Shown here in pieces: positions 38,529 to 47,044 of a stretch of 64,000 bases of DNA. The notes under the pieces are model-generated. The model worked only from the letters and a program-made list of their open reading frames with translations. It made no database searches and was not told the DNA's origin. The first letter of the stretch is position 1. Every line of letters starts with the position of its first letter. The position numbers were made by a program, and so were the translations under genes. Source of the stretch: Thermoplasmata archaeon (GTDB taxonomy: Archaea > Thermoplasmatota > Thermoplasmata > Lutacidiplasmatales > UBA184); the NCBI GenBank assembly GCA_035507575.1, contig DATJNY010000019.1:17681-81680 (forward strand), written 5' to 3'.

Positions 38529-39158
38529 ATGGGTATTCCGGTCGAGGTTCCGGGCCTCGACACGATCGTTCCTGTGATTCCGGACGGTCACATCGTGGTA
38601 ATCGAGAGCGGGGCGGACGGCGTCAAGAGCTTCCTCTCCCGACGACTCGCGAAGACGGCCCTGCGCGCTGGCCGTTCGGTAACTTTCATCGCGTCCCGGG
38701 ACGGGCCGGAACTTTCCCAATCGCTTCTGATCGGCAACGACCTGCCACCCACGCGGGGGGACGGGTTGCGTGTTGAGGAACGGGACTCGCTGGTCGGTTG
38801 GCAAGACGTCGACTCGCTGCGCGGGGTTCTCGTCGTCGATTCGTTCTCATTCCTTGCGCTGAATCTGCCGCCAAGCCAGCTCTCCGAGCTCCTGCGCCGA
38901 CTGCGGCGGTTGGGCCACGCCCAGGGGCTCACGGTGATCCTTGCCACCGACCGCGGGATGGCGGACGAGAGGTCGGAATCGATCCTCGGACACCTCTCCG
39001 ATGGCTGGATTCAATTCCTTTCGAAGGAAGGGCCCGAGGGCCTGATTCGCTATCTACGCGTACCGAAATGGTCGGACGGAACACTCGTCGACCGCAACAT
39101 CTACTACGAGTATGACGGTAAGCGCCTTGCCATTGACCTTCGGCGCCGAGTGTTGTAA
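38529..39158 (+). CDS. FlaH/ArlH-like KaiC/RecA-superfamily ATPase-fold protein (degenerate Walker A)
   Basis: 209 aa with a RecA-like core: IVVIESGADGVKSFLS (Walker A-like, with Lys-Ser retained) and a hydrophobic strand plus D (VLVVDSFS) as the Walker B position. Size and pattern are those of archaeal FlaH. Confidence 0.6.
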   Translation: MGIPVEVPGLDTIVPVIPDGHIVVIESGADGVKSFLSRRLAKTALRAGRSVTFIASRDGPELSQSLLIGNDLPPTRGDGLRVEERDSLVGWQDVDSLRGVLVVDSFSFLALNLPPSQLSELLRRLRRLGHAQGLTVILATDRGMADERSESILGHLSDGWIQFLSKEGPEGLIRYLRVPKWSDGTLVDRNIYYEYDGKRLAIDLRRRVL

Positions 39159-39170
39159 GGAGGCTCGCTC

Positions 39171-40289
39171 ATGCCCGGATCTTCCTACGATCGATTCGGT
39201 CTCACGAGCAATCCCTTCCGGGACCTCGCCAGCGAGAGCTTGGAGGATGTGGAGATCTACCACGTCAATCTCGACATCGACCGAACCCTCGATACGATCC
39301 GAGAGGAGATCTACGCGAAGGAAAATCGCGCGCTGATCGCGCTCGTGGGCCTGCACGGAGCCGGCAAGACGGAACGGCTCCTGATGGCTCAGGAAGAGGC
39401 GAGGGATCGAGGAGCCTTCAGCGTCTACTTCGACATCACCACCAAGACCACGTGGGTAACACGAGGGCTGGCCGCGTCGTTCCGCAAGTCGGCGAATCTC
39501 GGTGGATTCGCCCAGATCTTCAGCGCCCCGCGGTGGTACCGGGACATCGCTGCCCTCGAGCGGATGAAGGACCGAAACTACGATCCGTTGAAAGCCGGCC
39601 GCGCTCTCGCCGAGGCCCTGAACGCGCACGCGCCCGCGTTTCTACTGCTGAACGACCTGCACAACCTCGCCGCGTCGGATGAACTGGGAATCTTCGCGAA
39701 GGTCCTCCAAGAGATGGTCGACAAAATCAAGCCGGGGGTTCTCGTCATGTTCGGGTGCTTTCCGAGCTTCATGCTGCAACTCGCTACGCATCAGGCTCCC
39801 CTGTCGAGCCGGATCAACCGAACCCTAATTCTCCCCCGCCTGACCCCGGAGGAAGCTTCGTTGCTGCTGGCGAAGAAACTATTGGCCAAACGACTGGTCG
39901 AAGGACTGGATCCGCTCTACCCATTCGATCAAGAGTCCGTGTCGCGACTGAACCAATACGCGTACGGCAACCCCCGAAGGCTGCTCGAGCTCGCGGACGT
40001 TTGCATCGAATTCGCGGTAGCCCACCGCTCCTACCGCATCGACACGGAGATCGTGCGCAGTGCGCTCCTCGAACGTCAAGTCCAGGACCTGAAGTCGGAG
40101 GTCGAGGCGCGATCGGACGGGTGGAAGGAGGACCCCCCGGCGGGAGGGATCGAGCCCCTACCCAACGACACCGTTTACATTGAAGGGAGGGCGCCCGCCG
40201 GAGCAACGATCCCCACAGCGATCACCCCGACCGCTCAGCGCAGTTCCGACCGGACTACTAGTGGTGGGCCGGGGCCGGCTCCCCCATGA
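39171..40289 (+). CDS. AAA+ ATPase, ExeA/GspA-like
   Basis: The N-terminal FGLTSNPF motif is typical of ExeA-like ATPases. Walker A is LVGLHGAGKTERL and Walker B is LLLNDLHNL. The C-terminus is Pro-rich. Confidence 0.6.
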   Translation: MPGSSYDRFGLTSNPFRDLASESLEDVEIYHVNLDIDRTLDTIREEIYAKENRALIALVGLHGAGKTERLLMAQEEARDRGAFSVYFDITTKTTWVTRGLAASFRKSANLGGFAQIFSAPRWYRDIAALERMKDRNYDPLKAGRALAEALNAHAPAFLLLNDLHNLAASDELGIFAKVLQEMVDKIKPGVLVMFGCFPSFMLQLATHQAPLSSRINRTLILPRLTPEEASLLLAKKLLAKRLVEGLDPLYPFDQESVSRLNQYAYGNPRRLLELADVCIEFAVAHRSYRIDTEIVRSALLERQVQDLKSEVEARSDGWKEDPPAGGIEPLPNDTVYIEGRAPAGATIPTAITPTAQRSSDRTTSGGPGPAPP

Positions 40290-41289
40290 CGGCCAGATTG
40301 ATCGCCTGTTCGGCGATGTCGGCGGCGTAGCTCGCGATCCGTCCCAGGCTATCGACCACGACTCCGAGCGCGAGGAGCTCCTCGCCCTTGCGCGTCGCGA
40401 CGCGGTGGAACAGATCGTCGATGAGTCGCTGATGTTGCGGTCGTGCGTCGATCGCTGCGTTCGCCTCCTCGATGTCCCCGGCCATCAAGGCGTGGAAGGC
40501 CCGATCCAGCATCGCGATGGCCGAGGTCTTGGCGATCACAAGGTCCGCTGCGAGCTTCGGTTCGAGCGGTTTCTTGTCGGAGAGCGTGGCGTAGGCCCCC
40601 GCGATGCGGACTGCGTGGTAGCCGATCCGCTCCATGATCTTCGCGACGAGCCCATGGACGAGGATGGCTCCCATCCCCTGTCCGTTGGGGCCTGATGGGA
40701 ACTGGCCCGGGGTGAGGTATCTCTTCGCGACCATCCAGTAGAGGCGGTCGACATCCTGGCTGCGTTGCGTTACGTCATGAGCCAAAGTCGGGTTCCGGCT
40801 CTGCAACGCGAGGATCGAATCCTCGAGCATGGCGCGGGTGATGAGATGCATTCGGCGCAAGCACTTCTCCGCGCTCAGTTCCGACGGGTCGGAGAGGTCT
40901 TGGATGATGAGCTGGTTCCGGTTCTCCTCGATCACCTCAGGGCCGATCACGAGCCGGCAAAAGTCGCGTGCAGATCGCCGGACGAAGGGGCCGCGGTCAG
41001 CCGGAAAACGCACCTCGATGAGACCGTATCCTGAGATGTACGCCCCGATCAGTTTCCGCAGAAGGTGTTCTCGTGCCTCCTCACCCTTCTCCTCGAAGAC
41101 CTTCCGGCGGAGCGGGGGGCGCTCCTCGCGCTTATGGCGCACGGATACGGAGCCGTCAAGCTCGGAATCCACGAACAGCGTGTCACCGGCCTTCAGCCCG
41201 GCATCCAGCACCCAGCGCTTGGGCAAGGAAACGAGATACGTTGAGCCGCCGGCCAGCTGAAGCTTACGGCCCTCCATGCGCAGCACCAT
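40258..41289 (-). CDS. Phosphate-uptake regulator: N-terminal AbrB/SpoVT-type DNA-binding domain fused to tandem PhoU domains
   Basis: N-terminus MEGRKLQLAGGSTYLVSLPKRWV (AbrB swapped-hairpin-like). This is followed by two PhoU-like helical repeats (DxxxD motifs; ...MLEDSILAL..., ...ADIAEQAINLA). Confidence 0.75.
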   Translation of the reverse strand: MVLRMEGRKLQLAGGSTYLVSLPKRWVLDAGLKAGDTLFVDSELDGSVSVRHKREERPPLRRKVFEEKGEEAREHLLRKLIGAYISGYGLIEVRFPADRGPFVRRSARDFCRLVIGPEVIEENRNQLIIQDLSDPSELSAEKCLRRMHLITRAMLEDSILALQSRNPTLAHDVTQRSQDVDRLYWMVAKRYLTPGQFPSGPNGQGMGAILVHGLVAKIMERIGYHAVRIAGAYATLSDKKPLEPKLAADLVIAKTSAIAMLDRAFHALMAGDIEEANAAIDARPQHQRLIDDLFHRVATRKGEELLALGVVVDSLGRIASYAADIAEQAINLAVMGEPAPAHH

Positions 41290-41318
41290 CCCCCGAGGCT
41301 CTACGTAGGCTTAAGCGT

Positions 41319-41338
41319 GAAATAAATAGAAACAATAG
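41319..41338. promoter_or_regulatory. AT-rich TATA-like element (GAAATAAATAGAAACAATAG) in the divergent spacer
   Basis: It lies about 30-50 bp upstream of the regulator start (41289, minus strand). The spacer is otherwise GC-rich. Confidence 0.35.
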
Positions 41339-41454
41339 GGCTATGCTACGAAGTTTACGAGACCCGCGTAGCCTTCGAAGAAAGCCTGAGTGCTCCGAGG
41401 TAAAGTCCGCAGTTCGAAGCAACGTTGATTACTTGATTCGCGTCGATACGGAGC

Positions 41455-42015
41455 ATGCCTGAGGTACCGGCCGAGGGGCTTCGGTTCGAGGAAGTCGATC
41501 CCTCGTCCGCCGACCTCCCCCCCGTCGAGCACCGGCCACCTTCGACCGACGGACGCCGGCCCGGGGTTTATCTGATCGTTATCGTGCTGGTGATCGCGGT
41601 CGCGGTCGGTTCGGTGTATCTCGTGTCGATCACGTTCCACCGTGGGGCGGCGTCCTCCACGACGCATGTGCTCGTGCCGAACGGAACCGCCTACTCGATC
41701 CCGGCCGGCCAGTACGACGCCGTCGCCTTCATCGTCGACGGGAATGCGACGGTGAAGGGGACGATGTACACGGCGTTCGGAATGACGCTTTATCAGATGA
41801 CCCCCGCCCAGTACGAGCATCTCGTCAATACCCTGAATTTCTCGGCCGGCTACGAATGGACCTCCGGACCGATCGGTAACAACACCGTCTATCAACTGAA
41901 TCTCACCGTCCCCGCCGGGCAGTGGGAGTTGGTCTGGGCGAATCCGAACGATCCGTCCACCTTCATCACCACGCTGATCGGGTTCTACTCCGATTTGATC
42001 CTCGAGCCCTCGTGA
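41455..42015 (+). CDS. Hypothetical membrane-anchored extracellular protein (186 aa)
   Basis: N-terminal TM (VYLIVIVLVIAVAVGSVYLV) plus a beta-rich ectodomain with N-X-T sequons. It sits between two PhoU-type genes. Confidence 0.5.
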   Translation: MPEVPAEGLRFEEVDPSSADLPPVEHRPPSTDGRRPGVYLIVIVLVIAVAVGSVYLVSITFHRGAASSTTHVLVPNGTAYSIPAGQYDAVAFIVDGNATVKGTMYTAFGMTLYQMTPAQYEHLVNTLNFSAGYEWTSGPIGNNTVYQLNLTVPAGQWELVWANPNDPSTFITTLIGFYSDLILEPS

Positions 42016-42049
42016 GCCCGCTTCGTCGACCAGATCCCAAGCGGGCGTT

Positions 42050-42781
42050 CTACCGTTTCGGGCTGGGCGACCAGACGCCCGAGGTCGCCCGATGGGCGAG
42101 GGCTGGGAAATACTCAGGTCGGCGCTCGCCGGTGATCGCATAGATGGCCTTCTCGGCGATCTTGCAGGCGTTGTCCCCGACCCGCTCCAGGTGGCGGCCG
42201 GCCAGAAGAAAGCGGCCGAGACGTTCGGTGGAGGGTCCGCCCTTTTGCAAAAGCTCGAAGACCCGGTTCTGCAGTTGGTCGTACAGCTCATCGACATCGT
42301 CGTCCATGGCGAAGATGGCCCGCGCTTCATCGGCGTCCTCTTTGAGGAACGCCCGCACGGATCGCTGGACCATCAGGCGGGACTGCTCGTCCATCTTTCG
42401 CAACAGCTCGCTGGGGGTTTGGTCGGAGGTGTCGGGCGAGCTCGTCAGGTTCTTCGCGAGGTCGTAGCCGAGCCGCCCGACGCGGTCGACGCAGTTCGCG
42501 ATCTTGAGCACGGCGCCGATCGTCCGGAGATCCGGCCCTTCAGGCTGGAGGATCGCGATCAGGCGGATCGCCTCGGTCTCGATGGCGATGTCGAAGCGGT
42601 CGAGGGGCGAATCGCGGTCGGTCACGCTCTTCGCGAGGGCCGCGTCGCCGGTGATCAGCGCCCGGGTCCCGTCGGCGACCATGCCGACGGCGAGTTCGCT
42701 CATCGCGCCGACATGGGCTTTCAGGACCACGATCGGGTCGTCGGGGGGGTTCGGTTTCGGAGGTTCGGGGGTCGCGTTCAT
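42050..42781 (-). CDS. phoU: PhoU-family phosphate transport system regulator
   Basis: Start at ATG 42781 (MNATPEPP...), overlapping the pstB stop. Two PhoU repeats with conserved D/E residues are present (ETEAIRLIA..., DDVDELYDQL..., ERVGDNACKIAE). Confidence 0.8.
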   Translation of the reverse strand: MNATPEPPKPNPPDDPIVVLKAHVGAMSELAVGMVADGTRALITGDAALAKSVTDRDSPLDRFDIAIETEAIRLIAILQPEGPDLRTIGAVLKIANCVDRVGRLGYDLAKNLTSSPDTSDQTPSELLRKMDEQSRLMVQRSVRAFLKEDADEARAIFAMDDDVDELYDQLQNRVFELLQKGGPSTERLGRFLLAGRHLERVGDNACKIAEKAIYAITGERRPEYFPALAHRATSGVWSPSPKR

Positions 42782-43551
42782 GAGAACCGTCCAGTGATGA
42801 ACTCCGCCGTGAGCGGGTTCCGGGGCCGCTCGAGGACCTCGGCGGTCGGCCCGACCTCGATGAGGTGGCCGGTGTGGAGAACGGCGATGCGGTCGGAGAC
42901 CCGCGCCGCCTGGCTGACGTTGTGCGTGACGAGGACGAGCACGTAGTCCTCCTTGAGCCGTTGCATCGTCGCCTCGACGCGCTGCGTCGCCGCGGGATCG
43001 AGCGCCGACGTCGGCTCGTCCAGCAGCAGGACCCGGGGCTGGGTCGCGAGCGCGCGGGCGATGCACAGGCGCTGCTGTTGTCCTCCCGAGAGCGAGAGCG
43101 CGGGACGGTCCAGGTCATCCTTGACCTCGTCCCACAGGCCGGAGCGGCGGAGCCCCTCCTCGACCTGCCGCTCGATCTCACGGATCTCCTCGCCGACCAG
43201 GCGGAGGCCAAACGCCGCGTTCTCGAAGATCGACGTCGGGAAGACGGTCGGGCGCTGGAAGACCATCCCGATGCGGCGCCGGACCATCACCGGGTTGACG
43301 CGAGGATCGTAGATGTTCTGGCCGAGGTAGAGGATCGCCCCCTCCACCTTCAGACCGGGCGTGAGTTCCACCATGCGGTTCAGGCTGCGCACGAACGTGG
43401 TCTTCCCGCAGCCGGACGGGCCGACGACCGCGGTGAGGCTCGACGGCCCAAAGTCGAGGGAGAGGTCGTCGATGAGCTTCTTCTGCTTCGTGCGCACGGT
43501 CAGGTGCTGCACCGACACGACGGCGCTCCCGTCGTTCGCGGTCGCGTTCAC
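42778..43551 (-). CDS. pstB: Phosphate ABC transporter ATP-binding protein
   Basis: Start at GTG 43551. Walker A GPSGCGKTT, signature LSGGQQQRL, Walker [12 protein letters not shown] and H-loop VTHN are present. The 828-aa containing ORF is an artefact. Confidence 0.9.
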   Translation of the reverse strand: MNATANDGSAVVSVQHLTVRTKQKKLIDDLSLDFGPSSLTAVVGPSGCGKTTFVRSLNRMVELTPGLKVEGAILYLGQNIYDPRVNPVMVRRRIGMVFQRPTVFPTSIFENAAFGLRLVGEEIREIERQVEEGLRRSGLWDEVKDDLDRPALSLSGGQQQRLCIARALATQPRVLLLDEPTSALDPAATQRVEATMQRLKEDYVLVLVTHNVSQAARVSDRIAVLHTGHLIEVGPTAEVLERPRNPLTAEFITGRFS

Positions 43552-44462
43552 TGGTAGAGTCCCTCCAATCGCTTCTGGTATCGGGCCGAGATGACGCGCA
43601 CGAGGATGTTGAGGGCGACGACGACGACCATCAAGAGGAGCGCGGCCTGGAACGCGAGCGAGAGGCTCGGCGATCCCGCGGGCTGGGAGAAGTTCTCCCA
43701 GATCGTCCCGGTCAGGAACGTGACCGGGGAATAGATCGTGGGCGGGAAGATCACCGACTGGGTCGTCGTGAGGACGATCGGGGCCGTTTCGCCGACACCG
43801 ATGGCGAGCGCGAGGAAGACCCCGTTCAGGATCTGGGGGAAGGCGATCGGCGCGCCGACCCGGAGCACGTATTGGTACGGCCGGGCCCCCGAGCCGTAGG
43901 CGGCCTCCCGGATCGGGCGGGGGATCGACGAATAGGCGAGATCGGAGATCCGGAAGATGTAGGGGGTCATGAAGAACGCCAGCGTGACCGACCCCGCGAT
44001 GAACGAAAGCCCCCAGCCGAACGTGATGACGAAGAGGAAGTAGCCGAAGTACCCAAGGACGACCGACGGCGTTCCGACGAGCATGTTCGCCGCCATCCGG
44101 ACCCAGCCGGCGGCCCGCTCGGGCAGGAACTCGGCGGTCGCGACCCCGCCGAAGAGGCCGAGCAGCACCGCGAGGGCGATCGCGAACAGCATGATCGCGG
44201 CGGTCGTCTCGATCGGAACACCGAGCGCGTCCGGGTCGTAGGGGTTCGTGCTCGTGAGCACGGTCCAGGTGAACGTCGGAAGCGCCTGCGACGCGATGTA
44301 GTAGACGAGGTCGAGGATCGGGATGATCGCGACAAGGAAGAGCAGCGGCAGCACCCAGCCGATGGCCTTGTCGAAGCCGAGTCGCCAGCGCGTGCGGAAC
44401 GACCGGTCGAAGAGCAGCTCCTCGGCGGTCTCGGCCCGGAGGTGGTTCACCGCGCTCGCCAT
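43548..44462 (-). CDS. pstA: Phosphate ABC transporter permease
   Basis: 6 TM, with the EAA-like loop region (EAAYGSGARPYQ). The 4-nt start/stop overlap with pstB indicates operon coupling. Confidence 0.85.
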   Translation of the reverse strand: MASAVNHLRAETAEELLFDRSFRTRWRLGFDKAIGWVLPLLFLVAIIPILDLVYYIASQALPTFTWTVLTSTNPYDPDALGVPIETTAAIMLFAIALAVLLGLFGGVATAEFLPERAAGWVRMAANMLVGTPSVVLGYFGYFLFVITFGWGLSFIAGSVTLAFFMTPYIFRISDLAYSSIPRPIREAAYGSGARPYQYVLRVGAPIAFPQILNGVFLALAIGVGETAPIVLTTTQSVIFPPTIYSPVTFLTGTIWENFSQPAGSPSLSLAFQAALLLMVVVVALNILVRVISARYQKRLEGLYQ

Positions 44463-44468
44463 CGACCC

Positions 44469-45413
44469 TCACAACCCCGGGACTTCGTAGGTGACGATGC
44501 GGGCGACGAGCCGGCGGCCGATGATGTTGACCGCGAGCGAGATCGCGAGGAGCACGAGCGCCATCTCCGACAGCGCGGCGAGCCACTGGGTGTTGCCGAA
44601 GGCAGAGTCCAGCGAGAGGAACATCTCCGCGGCCATCGTGCCGGTCGATCCGTAGACGTTGGTGGGGTACGAGGCGACGACGTTCAGCACCATCGCGATC
44701 GCAACGGTCTCCCCGAACGCCCGGCCGAAACCGAGAAAGGCGGCGCTGAGGATCCCGCGGCTCCCATACGGGATCGCCACGTGGCGGACCGTCTCCCAGC
44801 GGGTCGCCCCGAGGCCGAGGCCGGCTTCCCAGAGGTCCCGGGGGACGCTCCGGAGCGCGTCCCGGATCAGGAGGGTCGTGATCGGGAGCGCCATCAGCGT
44901 GAGGATGAAGACCCCGACGGGCAGGCCGAGCCCATCCGCGCGGGGCGCGAGCCCACCGAACCCCGGGATGAACCCGATGTGGGCGTACAACGCGGGATTG
45001 ATCACGCTCCCGAAGAACGGGGCGACGAGCAGGTACCCCCAGATCCCGTAGACGATGCTCGGGATCCCGGCGAGGAGGTCGACGAACGGGTCGAGCCACC
45101 GGGTGATCCATCCCGGCAGGTACGTGGTCGAAGCGATCGCGATGCCGAGACCGATCGCCATGGCGAAGAAGAGCGCCGGGAGGGCGGTCAGGAACGATCC
45201 GGCGATGAACACCGCGATCCCCCACTGCGAGGGCGGATCCCAGATGCTCCCCCAAAAGCCCCAACCGAAATTCGTGAGCTTGCTCGAGATGAGCAGCTCG
45301 ACGACGATCCCCACGAGGATCGCCATCGGGATGAGCGCCGGGACGAACGGGACGATCCGTCCGATCGTCGCGCCGTAGGCCCGGTGTCGCGGAGCGGTCG
45401 GGGTTGCGTTCAT
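44469..45413 (-). CDS. pstC: Phosphate ABC transporter permease
   Basis: 6 TM, with the EAA loop (EAGLGLGATRWETVRHV). Confidence 0.85.
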   Translation of the reverse strand: MNATPTAPRHRAYGATIGRIVPFVPALIPMAILVGIVVELLISSKLTNFGWGFWGSIWDPPSQWGIAVFIAGSFLTALPALFFAMAIGLGIAIASTTYLPGWITRWLDPFVDLLAGIPSIVYGIWGYLLVAPFFGSVINPALYAHIGFIPGFGGLAPRADGLGLPVGVFILTLMALPITTLLIRDALRSVPRDLWEAGLGLGATRWETVRHVAIPYGSRGILSAAFLGFGRAFGETVAIAMVLNVVASYPTNVYGSTGTMAAEMFLSLDSAFGNTQWLAALSEMALVLLAISLAVNIIGRRLVARIVTYEVPGL

Positions 45414-45505
45414 GCTGGGGGAAGAAGGGAAGGAAGGGGTTCCCGGTCCGCGGACGCTACCGGGGCCGAGGGGTCACGCACGATACTCCCGGAACTTCGC
45501 CCGCC

Positions 45506-46804
45506 TCAGCTGATGCCCGAGACGCTCGCCAGCTCCACATTGTCGTAACCGATGACCTCGGGGGTCAGGGGCACGAAGTTGACCCCATTGATCCACGCCG
45601 AGGCCGACCCCGCGGAGTTGTAGTTCCCGTACGTCAGGGCCCAGTGCATGAACGCGACCGTGGCCGCGAGCGCGGCGGCCGTCACGACCGTGCCACCGGG
45701 CAGGGTCTTGATCAGCGCGTACTCGAGGTTGACGATCGGGTAGGCGTCCACGCCCGCCGCGGCGTTCGAGCCGCCGCCACCGTGCACGAGGGTGACCGCG
45801 CCCGCGTAGCTGCCGCCGAGGATCAGGCTGACCGCGAGTCCGTAGGTCGCGAAGTCGAGGCGGGTCAGACCCAGGTTCGCGTCGTTCGAGATCGTGGTGG
45901 TCGTGGGCAGGATGTAGTCGTCCGCCGCCGCTGCGTAGGTCCCGTTCGCGATCGTCGCGTTGTTCCCGACGGCCGCATACTCGAGTCCGGCCGCCGCGGC
46001 GCTCGCTTCGTAGCTGATCCCAATGTACGCGATCGAGCCGACCTGGCCCTGCGCGGTCGAGACCATGCCCGAGTTACCGGTGCCGGTCAGGACGTTCGTG
46101 CCGGTGAAGCCCGATAGGCCGCTCGTCGAAACCGGGTACGGGAACGCCGCATCGGACATGTAGCAAAGCGACGTGAACAGGAACGTATCCCCGCTCGAGT
46201 CGGATCGCTTGACCGGGTAGATCGTCTGGGCCGACATCGCGCTGAGCTCGCCCGCGACCGTCGACGACTGAGCCGCCAGGATCTCCGGGTTGTTCCACGT
46301 TGTGATCGATCCGCTGTAGATCCCCGCGAGGATCGAGCCGTTCAGGTTCAGGTGCACGGCGTTGAGCGGCGCCGGCAGGTTGTAGTAGATCAACTGCGCG
46401 GAGATCGCGACGGGGAAGTTGATCAGGTTCGTGGTGCTCGCGTTCGTCAGGTAGCCGTCCGAGGCCCCGATATTGACGAGACCCAGTTCGGCGCTGCTTT
46501 GGCCCGTACCACTGCCCGTGGACGCCGCGCTAAGGACGACGCCCGAGGCCGTGTAGTTCGGGAACCAGTAGTTCTTGAAGAGCGGGTAGAGCAGGCTCGA
46601 GCCCGTCTCCGTCAAGTTGATCGTGCTCGAGCTCGTGCTCGAGTTCGTGGACTTCCCGAGGAAGTATCCCCCGGCGATGCCCACGATCAAGAGGACGATC
46701 GCGATCGCGACCGCAACGCCCACCGACATGCCGCCGGAGCGGCGCTTCATGGGCGTCGAGAGTTGTTCGGTCTGTGTCGTTCCACCCGTGTTCTGCGCAC
46801 TCAT
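45506..46804 (-). CDS. pstS: Phosphate ABC transporter substrate-binding protein, N-terminal membrane anchor
   Basis: TM anchor (VGVAVAIAIVLLIVGIAGGYFL) and PstS motifs (TGSSLLYPL, ASTGSGTGQ, GASDGYL). It is first in the pstSCAB-phoU operon. Confidence 0.85.
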   Translation of the reverse strand: MSAQNTGGTTQTEQLSTPMKRRSGGMSVGVAVAIAIVLLIVGIAGGYFLGKSTNSSTSSSTINLTETGSSLLYPLFKNYWFPNYTASGVVLSAASTGSGTGQSSAELGLVNIGASDGYLTNASTTNLINFPVAISAQLIYYNLPAPLNAVHLNLNGSILAGIYSGSITTWNNPEILAAQSSTVAGELSAMSAQTIYPVKRSDSSGDTFLFTSLCYMSDAAFPYPVSTSGLSGFTGTNVLTGTGNSGMVSTAQGQVGSIAYIGISYEASAAAAGLEYAAVGNNATIANGTYAAAADDYILPTTTTISNDANLGLTRLDFATYGLAVSLILGGSYAGAVTLVHGGGGSNAAAGVDAYPIVNLEYALIKTLPGGTVVTAAALAATVAFMHWALTYGNYNSAGSASAWINGVNFVPLTPEVIGYDNVELASVSGIS

Positions 46805-46906
46805 TTTTTTCTCACCAGGTCCGTCAATCGCTTCGGCCCTCGCTCCCGCGGTACCAGTCCCGGCCGCCGGGAAGAGCCGACATCAATGCGAGGCACGACG
46901 GCGGGC

Positions 46907-46960
46907 CATATATAGGAATTCAATTTAGAATGTATATTCCACAATAGTTCGACATATGGT
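46907..46960. promoter_or_regulatory. AT-rich block with several TATA-like motifs (CATATATAGGAATTCAATTTAGAATGTATATTCC...) in the pstS/truA divergent spacer
   Basis: This is the only strongly AT-rich segment in the 240-bp spacer, about 100 bp from each flanking start. Confidence 0.35.
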
Positions 46961-47044
46961 ACGTCGTCACATCCATCTCCGGAGGGCTTCGAGGGTACCG
47001 ATAAGGGCGCCCGCTGCCTCGGCCGCGCCACGTCTCGCTGGCTG

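Noticed and set aside
31655-40289. An archaellum (archaeal flagellum) operon
   Set aside because: FlaI/FlaJ/FlaH-like parts are present. However, FlaF, FlaG, FlaX/CDE and multiple archaellin genes are absent, the platform protein is split, and the associated cargo is a PstS-like protein. This argues for a pilus or bindosome-type system rather than a motility apparatus.
42778-45548. 828-aa (minus) and 558-aa (plus) ORFs spanning pstB-pstA-pstC
   Set aside because: They are run-through and antisense frames across three well-defined pst genes, with extreme Arg/Asp/Glu composition.
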